Source: a virus
Lineage: Duplodnaviria; Heunggongvirae; Uroviricota; Caudoviricetes
Length of the DNA: 64,000 nucleotides
Virus record (IMG/VR): IMGVR_UViG_3300032335_000499
Direction: 5' to 3' (one strand)
A program made the position numbers and the translations under genes. Below are positions 57,591 through 64,000 of this stretch, in pieces. The notes beneath the pieces were generated by a model. It saw nothing but the letters and a program-made list of their open reading frames with translations, made no database searches and had not been told where the DNA came from. Position 1 is the first letter of the stretch; each line of letters opens with the position of its first letter.

Positions 57591-58754
57591 TTATAAATCC
57601 CCTGTATTTGTTGATGGGAATTGGCGTGTGTTTCCGGGCCAGATGATGCGGACAGTGCCGCCTCCACCATTGCCTCCGGCTCCCCATTCAGTATAGTCTT
57701 GAATGTTATTGTCGTATACGGCCCCGCCCATGCCGCCGCCAGCGCCATAGCCGCCGCCTCCTGCAGAGCCGGTGTATCCGAAGCCTCCTGTCGCACCGCC
57801 AGAGCCGCCTAATCCAGCCTGACCCGGCGCAGCGCCGCCGGCACCGTTCGTGCCTTGTCCAAGCGATCCTACCCCGCCGCCTCCGCCGCCGCCGTAGTAA
57901 AAAACGTATTGACCCTGGACACTATCGCTGAAGCCTCCACCGCCTCCACCGCCGCCGCCCGCGCCAGCCGATCCAGACGAACCTGCTGCGCCAGAGCCTC
58001 CCTGCCCGCTGTATCCACCAGCTCCGCCGCCGCCGCCGTTAGTACCACCAGCGCCACCCTGTCCGCCAGTTCCAACTACGACAGTGCCGCCAGCGCCCCT
58101 TGCGGCATACACCCAACTACCGCCGTTTGCTGAGACAAGAGATGTTGCGCTTCGAACAAGCCTGCTATTCCCGCCGTCTCCGACCTCCGAGCTTCCGCCA
58201 TTTATACCAGCTCCACCTGCGCCAACCACAACAGTTAATGTCTCTCCTGGGGTTACGGAAATATTGTTCGTATAGGCAAGTGCGCCGCCGGACCCGCCGC
58301 CGCCATTGAAGATATTTTGTCCGCCGCCGCCGCCGCCGACTGCCACAGCCGAAATGCTTGTAACACCCGCAGGGACAACAAAACTAAATGTGCCAGCAGT
58401 AGTGTATTGCTGCTGCCCCTGAGCAATGGGCGTCACGCTGTTCGACGCGGCACTTGCAGGCCCGGTACCAGCGGAGTTGGTTGCTGTAACTGTAAATGTA
58501 TAAGATGTGTTAGTAGTCAATCCAGATACAGTAATAGGACTACTTGCACCACTAGCAGTTATGTTGCCCGGACTTGAAGTGACGGTGTAGCTTGTAATAG
58601 CGGAAGTTCCGGAGTTAGCGGGGGCGGAAAAACTTACTGAAGCGGTTGTAGATCCTGTAGCAGTAGCACTTGCACCTGTTGGTGCTCCAGGCGGGAAGGT
58701 AGTTGCAAAGCTAATTCCACCAGAAAATTTTACTCCAGAAAACGAAAATGGCAT
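57591..58754 (-). CDS. virion-associated protein: N-terminal fibronectin type III domain plus C-terminal glycine-rich domain
   Basis: FN3 signature (..SYTVTSSPG...TNTSYTFTVTATNSAG..) followed by poly-Gly tracts and C-terminal GGGGTVRIIWPG. Confidence 0.5.
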   Translation of the reverse strand: MPFSFSGVKFSGGISFATTFPPGAPTGASATATGSTTASVSFSAPANSGTSAITSYTVTSSPGNITASGASSPITVSGLTTNTSYTFTVTATNSAGTGPASAASNSVTPIAQGQQQYTTAGTFSFVVPAGVTSISAVAVGGGGGGQNIFNGGGGSGGALAYTNNISVTPGETLTVVVGAGGAGINGGSSEVGDGGNSRLVRSATSLVSANGGSWVYAARGAGGTVVVGTGGQGGAGGTNGGGGGAGGYSGQGGSGAAGSSGSAGAGGGGGGGGGFSDSVQGQYVFYYGGGGGGGVGSLGQGTNGAGGAAPGQAGLGGSGGATGGFGYTGSAGGGGYGAGGGMGGAVYDNNIQDYTEWGAGGNGGGGTVRIIWPGNTRQFPSTNTGDL

Positions 58755-58797
58755 TGATTATCCTTTATGTATTAGCTTTCATTATTGTATTTAGTCA

Positions 58798-58817
58798 ATA
58801 ATCACAGTGTACTTATC
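58798..58817. repeat. 20-bp direct repeat copy 2 (taatcacagtgtacttatca)
   Basis: see 57546..57565. Confidence 0.55.
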
Positions 58818-58985
58818 ACCACTTATTGAGCGGACAGGTTCCTTGTTCTTCTGAGGTTTGCACTGAAAGTGGAATATCATTAAGTCTACATTTTGGATAG
58901 GGTAGTTCAATGTTTTCTTCACAAGTGGTACAGAATGAAATTCTTATTGCTTGAGTTGCAGGGTCAATGTTGTTTCCTAATTGTG

Positions 58986-60188
58986 TCATACTCCGTATTT
59001 CCCTCTAAATGCAGCAAAGTTTAATGCAACCTGTTCTGCTGTCAGTGCGACATTATACACTTGTATAGCGGGTATGCTACCTGCAAATTTTGCGTTCCAA
59101 GAGTTGCCTATTGTATCAACCGGGTTATTATTTCCTGATGTAGAGTTTGCCACATTACTGTCTAATACCCCGTCTACATACATAGCCATCGTACTATTAG
59201 AATTGTTTACCCAAGTTAGCAAATGCCAGTTATTATCGTTGACAGTTGTACCAACGCCTAACTTCTGTGCCCATGCAGAGTTTTGATAAGTCCAATATGC
59301 AATCTTTCCGCTGTTTACACATAAAGCTGAGTATACTGGTCCGCCACTTAAGTTGGACAGTATTGAACCTTGACCAAGACCGGTTGCATCAGTAGTAGTT
59401 TTAACCCAAGCACTAACAGTCCATGGCAGATTTCCATTACCTAAACTAATTGTAGGGATAGTTAAGAAGTCGGTTGATCCGTTAAAGCTAAATGTATTAT
59501 TAGATGCGTAGGTTAAACTATTGATAGTTATTGTTCTACTTCCAGTAACATCTAGCAGTGCATTAGTTGAGCTTCTGGAGCCAAACGGACCTACAAACGG
59601 AGCAGTAAAGTTACTAGATGAACTAATTAATACCTGAGGGTTTTTATAAAGAATGAATCCACTAGTAGCTAAACTAGTTCCGTTACATGCACCTGGATAT
59701 AATAACATTCTACATGTGCCAGTAGATCCGGCCTGAGCAGTAAATGTAGCCGTTTTCCAAACGCCGGTTACTGTCGGCGTAGGATCGGCTGCTGAGTTAC
59801 TTACTGCCGATTCAAAATTAGCGAGATAGTTGGTAACAGGATATCCGCCAGCACCCGGGGAAATATAATAATCAAATGTAAACGTTGCCCACTGACCAGC
59901 AGTAATACTAACATCATTGCCGTGATAATAGCAGCCGGCGGCTGCAACTAAATCATATCGGTATACTACATCATTATTCGTAATAGAGTAGTTATCAAAT
60001 GTTCCTGAATATGTTCGCTGAAACGTTCCGGTGCCTTGAACTTGAAAGGCAACATTATTGCTACCATCGGGAATAGGGACCGCAAATTGGTTTGATACGG
60101 CTGCTCCTCTATACGACTGCGGATCATACATATCATAACCAAACAGTAATCCATCAGTTGTTATTTTAGGACCGGATGCTACGCTCAT
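58986..60188 (-). CDS. LamG/ConA-like jelly-roll domain protein, paralog 1 (putative adhesin / receptor-binding protein)
   Basis: C-terminal YN(R/V)ALTAEQV..NF.A.RG.YGV signature; internal NNTFSFNGSTDFL motif; shared N-terminus MS(V/L)ASGP. Confidence 0.55.
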   Translation of the reverse strand: MSVASGPKITTDGLLFGYDMYDPQSYRGAAVSNQFAVPIPDGSNNVAFQVQGTGTFQRTYSGTFDNYSITNNDVVYRYDLVAAAGCYYHGNDVSITAGQWATFTFDYYISPGAGGYPVTNYLANFESAVSNSAADPTPTVTGVWKTATFTAQAGSTGTCRMLLYPGACNGTSLATSGFILYKNPQVLISSSSNFTAPFVGPFGSRSSTNALLDVTGSRTITINSLTYASNNTFSFNGSTDFLTIPTISLGNGNLPWTVSAWVKTTTDATGLGQGSILSNLSGGPVYSALCVNSGKIAYWTYQNSAWAQKLGVGTTVNDNNWHLLTWVNNSNSTMAMYVDGVLDSNVANSTSGNNNPVDTIGNSWNAKFAGSIPAIQVYNVALTAEQVALNFAAFRGKYGV

Positions 60189-61507
60189 AAGTTGAATCTC
60201 CCGCGGATAGCGTTGAAGTTTTGTGCTACTTCAGCATCAGATAGTGCCCTAGTGTAGGCAGTAACCATAGCCATATCACCCTGCCAAAATCCTGCATAAC
60301 CATTACCAATGGTGATGTTCGCTGCGGTGGTTGCGAGAGTTCCGTATGGATTGGATGCAGTGCTACTAAGACTTCCGTTGATAAACCACTTATATTGAGT
60401 TGTGCTTCTAACTGCACACATCACATTCCATACATTCCTGGGAGTTGCGGGGCTTGATACTCCAACATATGGTTCTGCATTAGCTCCCGCATTTCCGTAA
60501 TACTGACTAATAGAGTCTCCCTGTTCATGCGTCCAAGTGCCATAACCACCGTATGCTTGGTCCCATGGATTTCTTCTGCCTGAAGTATAAGAATGTCTCA
60601 TTACTATCTGCAATGTTTGTGCAGAGGAAAAGTTCAACGAACTAGTATTAATAACAGTTCCATAGTTACTAGTACCGTTAAATGTATAGGAGCTGGTGCT
60701 AGTAGAAGGCAAGTCTAAGAATGTGCAATTGTTATTGTTGCCACTTATATCATACCAAGTGTTACCTGCATTTTGCAGTAGTTCTTGAATACTAGGCTCA
60801 GTACCATCACATAAATCTACCCGTGGTTGATAGAATTGTAATCTTGTTGTGTTATCAGGGCAATAATATAGATATGTTCTATGTATACTCGTAGTTGAAT
60901 TAGAATTCCACTTTAAATCGCCGGAACCAATATTACAACCATTAATGTTACCTGCTCTACCGTTTACTGTATAGTAACCGGTATTTGGATTTCTACCGGT
61001 AAAAGTAGTATTAGCTGGATATATATGACCTACAAACAAGTACCAAGTATTTTGTGCTAATATCCCTGTATTGCTGCACTCCCAATATGGATTGTCTGCT
61101 GCCGTGCTATCATCTGTTTTACGCACTCCGCCGTTACTTCCAGTACCTAAATAAAAGGTGCCGCCTGATGTACTTGATGTTCTACGCACCCATACTGAAA
61201 AACGATATAGTTGAGTATTGTCTATAGCAAAATCTGTTGTATTCCAGCCACCGTCATCATTTGTTTCTGCAAGCGGTCTTGCTTCCCAAACAACTGCATT
61301 GTTTCCCCAAGGATTGCTTGCGACTACTCTTTCGTTCTCAGCGGTTTGACCGTTTTGAGTATAACCAGTAACGCCTCCCGAACCGACAGTCCAGTTGTTC
61401 CAGTTGATGAGAGAGCGATTACCCACATTTGACTGTGGGTTAGTAGCGTCAAGCATTAACGCTAGATTGCTCGTACTAGCAAAAAGAGGACCGGATGACA
61501 CGCTCAT
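60185..61507 (-). CDS. LamG-like protein, paralog 2
   Basis: YTRALSDAEVAQNFNAIRGRF C-terminus; 4-nt overlap with neighbours. Confidence 0.55.
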   Translation of the reverse strand: MSVSSGPLFASTSNLALMLDATNPQSNVGNRSLINWNNWTVGSGGVTGYTQNGQTAENERVVASNPWGNNAVVWEARPLAETNDDGGWNTTDFAIDNTQLYRFSVWVRRTSSTSGGTFYLGTGSNGGVRKTDDSTAADNPYWECSNTGILAQNTWYLFVGHIYPANTTFTGRNPNTGYYTVNGRAGNINGCNIGSGDLKWNSNSTTSIHRTYLYYCPDNTTRLQFYQPRVDLCDGTEPSIQELLQNAGNTWYDISGNNNNCTFLDLPSTSTSSYTFNGTSNYGTVINTSSLNFSSAQTLQIVMRHSYTSGRRNPWDQAYGGYGTWTHEQGDSISQYYGNAGANAEPYVGVSSPATPRNVWNVMCAVRSTTQYKWFINGSLSSTASNPYGTLATTAANITIGNGYAGFWQGDMAMVTAYTRALSDAEVAQNFNAIRGRFNL

Positions 61508-62670
61508 ACTCCATATCTCCCTCTGAGAGCGTTGAAGTTTTGCTGTATCTCTTGAGCAGAGAGTACCCTATTATAAACTTTTGCAACACTTATTTGACCA
61601 TTAAAGACTTCAGTGTTTACCCCATAGCACCCAATTAGTAAATTACTTGCGGTTGCATTAGCGGGAGAATATGCAGAACCGGATGATCCTACTAGATTAC
61701 CATTAACATAAAGATAAATTCCAGTAGAACCAAAAGTAGCAACACAATGCCACCATGATCCATTTGTACATAGTGGCGTGCTTGAAGTTGCTCCGTTACC
61801 ATTAGAATAAGCCCAAAGTTCACCATTCTGTATTCTATATCTATACCCACTATTTTCATTTTTAGAAATTATATTTCCTAGTCCGCTAGAACTAGTCGGG
61901 TTAACCCAAGATTCTAATGTAAGAGCAGAGGATAGTTGTAATGCAGTTGAATTTCCACCATCAACATAATTACTAGAACCATTAAAACTAAATGTATTAT
62001 TAGAAGCATATGTTAAGCTAGTAGCAGTAAGGGTGTTTTGGCCAGTAGGGTCTAATAATGCTTGTGTGGTTGAGCGAGTGCCATTGACAAATGGAGTGGC
62101 ATACGTACCAAGTTCTAATTGAAATCCACAATACTGAATTGTGTATCCGCCCGTCAATGAACCGGAGTGTATCGGGAAATAATCTAATGAAGTACCAGCA
62201 GTACACGGTCCAGTAGTTGAATATCTTACCCACTCAGTAGTATATGTTGGATTCCAATCGCCGGTAACCGACTGGTCAACTCCATTCGATCTCCACAACT
62301 GAGCGTTGTTAAGATTAGAGCTAGCGGTTGGGCCGCCGACAAGTCTAGCATAATATGAAAAGGTATGAGTGCCCGTTGTCGCTATTGTACTTGCAATTGC
62401 CCAATATTTATAGCCAGTCGTGCCAGTAGTATATTGCATTACTGCGGGAGAACCAATTGGATTTGGAACATTAGTAACATAATTGTATGCAGCGCCTCCG
62501 GAACCATCATAGTTATAACTTAATACAAAACTAGATCCGTTCCAATTAGCGTACGGGTTTGGTACTAGGTTTGTAGTGGGGGCGCCTTTCCAGGAACGGC
62601 CCGTATTGCTCATATCATAAACAAGTACTAATCCATTAGTAACTATAGAAGGAGAGTGACCGAGTGCCAT
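61504..62670 (-). CDS. LamG-like protein, paralog 3
   Basis: MALGHSPSIVTNGLVLVYD N-terminus; YNRVLSAQEIQQNFNALRGRYGV C-terminus. Confidence 0.55.
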   Translation of the reverse strand: MALGHSPSIVTNGLVLVYDMSNTGRSWKGAPTTNLVPNPYANWNGSSFVLSYNYDGSGGAAYNYVTNVPNPIGSPAVMQYTTGTTGYKYWAIASTIATTGTHTFSYYARLVGGPTASSNLNNAQLWRSNGVDQSVTGDWNPTYTTEWVRYSTTGPCTAGTSLDYFPIHSGSLTGGYTIQYCGFQLELGTYATPFVNGTRSTTQALLDPTGQNTLTATSLTYASNNTFSFNGSSNYVDGGNSTALQLSSALTLESWVNPTSSSGLGNIISKNENSGYRYRIQNGELWAYSNGNGATSSTPLCTNGSWWHCVATFGSTGIYLYVNGNLVGSSGSAYSPANATASNLLIGCYGVNTEVFNGQISVAKVYNRVLSAQEIQQNFNALRGRYGV

Positions 62671-63344
62671 TAGATGCCATACCTCCCTCGAGTCGCATTA
62701 AAGTTTTGTAGTACTTCTGCGGCTGATAATACTCTGTTGTACACCCTGCAAATAGACAATGCACCGTTGTAAAAATATCCAGTTCCCGTACCATACGCAC
62801 CGATAAACATACCTGAACTATTAGTGCTGATTGTTCCGGTTTGTGCATCTGAATTTACTTGGACACCGTTAATATAAAGTATTCTACTACCAGATGTATA
62901 AGTCCCTACAACCTGAAACCAATTAGATGTATTCATAAATGATGCAGTAGTTGTAGAAAGATTTGTGACACCCCCAATATTCATTCTCCATTGTATCAAA
63001 CCGCCTTCTTGAAACAATGCATATTGAGAATTTACAGTTCCTTTTTCGAACCAGAATCCATTTTGTGTAGTTGCGTTTGTCTTAACCCATACTTCAACTG
63101 TAGGAGTTTGTGTGTTAAGTGCAGTGTTGTCACTTGCGCTTGCAAAGTCATTTACGCCATCAAACGTAAATGATCCCAAATTGCTACTTGAATATACGGG
63201 ACCATTAGTTAGGGCAAAATTAAAACCACTACTAGTGGCATCGTTCCATTGGGTACCCGACCCCGAATATGATCTAGGATTCCCTGCATCTACGCATAGT
63301 ACTAATCCGTTAGTTACGATAGAAGGAGAGTGTGCTAGAGCCAT
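62670..63344 (-). CDS. LamG-like protein, paralog 4 (short, single domain)
   Basis: MALAHSPSIVTNGLVLCVD N-terminus nearly identical to paralog 3; same C-terminal motif. Confidence 0.55.
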   Translation of the reverse strand: MALAHSPSIVTNGLVLCVDAGNPRSYSGSGTQWNDATSSGFNFALTNGPVYSSSNLGSFTFDGVNDFASASDNTALNTQTPTVEVWVKTNATTQNGFWFEKGTVNSQYALFQEGGLIQWRMNIGGVTNLSTTTASFMNTSNWFQVVGTYTSGSRILYINGVQVNSDAQTGTISTNSSGMFIGAYGTGTGYFYNGALSICRVYNRVLSAAEVLQNFNATRGRYGI

Positions 63345-63347
63345 GTA

Positions 63348-63617
63348 TTATACCAGAGGAATATCAATAGTCCAGGCTTCAGTGGACATTAGTTCTAGTG
63401 CTTCATCATGCGTCATATATGGGCCTTTTGTTGTCAATGCTGCTACTGAGCTAGGAACACCATTGGCTGTTATCCACTTGACAATTGTTTCAGTTCCATC
63501 TACACTGATACGAAGTGTATCAATTGATGTTTGTTCTATCTGTTCAAAGTCCAACGATGACGCTTCGCTCAAATCAAGCGTAACATATGTTAGACCGTTT
63601 TCTTCTGTTAAAATCAT
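63348..63617 (-). CDS. hypothetical protein (89 aa)
   Basis: ORF between LamG paralogs. Confidence 0.3.
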   Translation of the reverse strand: MILTEENGLTYVTLDLSEASSLDFEQIEQTSIDTLRISVDGTETIVKWITANGVPSSVAALTTKGPYMTHDEALELMSTEAWTIDIPLV

Positions 63618-63988
63618 AATCCGTATCTCCCTCTAGTGGCATTGAAATTCTGTGTTACTTGGTCAGCCGTTAGTGCAGTGTTATACATCATAACGTTTGA
63701 AATGAGACCTTGCCAAGCATATGCTCCTCCGGGTTGCCACCAGCCTACACGCAAGCCAACTGACCAATCAGCAGTTCCGGTAGTTGATTGCTGACCCTGA
63801 TAGATACCCTGCCTATAAATTGATACATTTGAACCGTTATATGACACGCAATAACATCCCCAAGTTCCGAGTGGGATACTTGTAGGCTTGCTATAATAGT
63901 ATTCTCCCGTTGCTCCCCCGTGAGTGTAGAACCAACTGTTGTCACCATACCAATAAAATGAAGTGTTAGTTCTTGCTGCTACTGGCAT
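63614..63988 (-). CDS. LamG-like protein, paralog 5 (may extend beyond window end)
   Basis: YNTALTADQVTQNFNATRGRYGL C-terminus. Confidence 0.4.
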   Translation of the reverse strand: MPVAARTNTSFYWYGDNSWFYTHGGATGEYYYSKPTSIPLGTWGCYCVSYNGSNVSIYRQGIYQGQQSTTGTADWSVGLRVGWWQPGGAYAWQGLISNVMMYNTALTADQVTQNFNATRGRYGL

Positions 63989-64000
63989 TCTGTTTTCAGC

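Noticed and set aside
57563-58577. Multiple overlapping ORFs (57563..57796, 57621..57812, 57855..58133, 57869..58075, 58084..58275, 58100..58309, 58317..58577) inside the Gly-rich gene
   Set aside because: The GC-rich GGN-repeat DNA is open in all frames. Only the long - strand frame has an FN3 domain and a sensible start with a 4-nt-overlap context.

Overview
This 64-kb window reads as part of a large virulent tailed phage genome with T4-like or jumbo-myovirus gene content; no cellular housekeeping genes are present. All coordinates are approximate to about +/-3 nt, and every functional call comes from reading the ORF translations and the DNA by eye, with no database searches. From left to right: (1) 149-7064 (+ strand) is a tail-fibre module of three genes with strong internal repeats, ending in a LamG/ConA-like tip protein. 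(2) 7.1-18.4 kb (- strand) is a block of small early-type genes, each preceded by a repeated sigma70-like promoter cassette (TTGACA-N17-TATAGT followed by a conserved leader and GGAG). (3) About 18.47-36.23 kb is a 17.8-kb tRNA island with at least 35 tRNA genes, all on the - strand, covering all 20 amino acids, plus several non-canonical tRNA-like elements and two unexplained structured non-coding stretches. Interleaved with the tRNAs are RtcB RNA ligase, a cREC-like protein, PurT, ferredoxin-NADP reductase (Fpr), SAM-dependent methyltransferases, SAM decarboxylase (SpeH), an HNH endonuclease, an outer-membrane beta-barrel protein and a QueC-like PP-loop enzyme. (4) 37-49 kb is an accessory block: two SGNH hydrolases, an AAA ATPase, a GT4 glycosyltransferase, an LpxH-like phosphoesterase, RimK-like ligase, peroxiredoxin, an SPFH lipoprotein and MetK. 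(5) 49-57 kb holds a virion/baseplate gene with a PAAR spike tip, then glutaredoxin, nrdB, a class-II aldolase-like gene and nrdA. (6) 57.6-64 kb holds an FN3 plus glycine-rich protein followed by a tandem array of at least five paralogous LamG-like (probable adhesin / receptor-binding) genes. The most interesting candidates for something new are the tRNA/RNA-repair island with its odd tRNA-like elements and ncRNA-like regions, the LamG paralog cassette, and the envelope-modification/SAM-polyamine accessory clusters.
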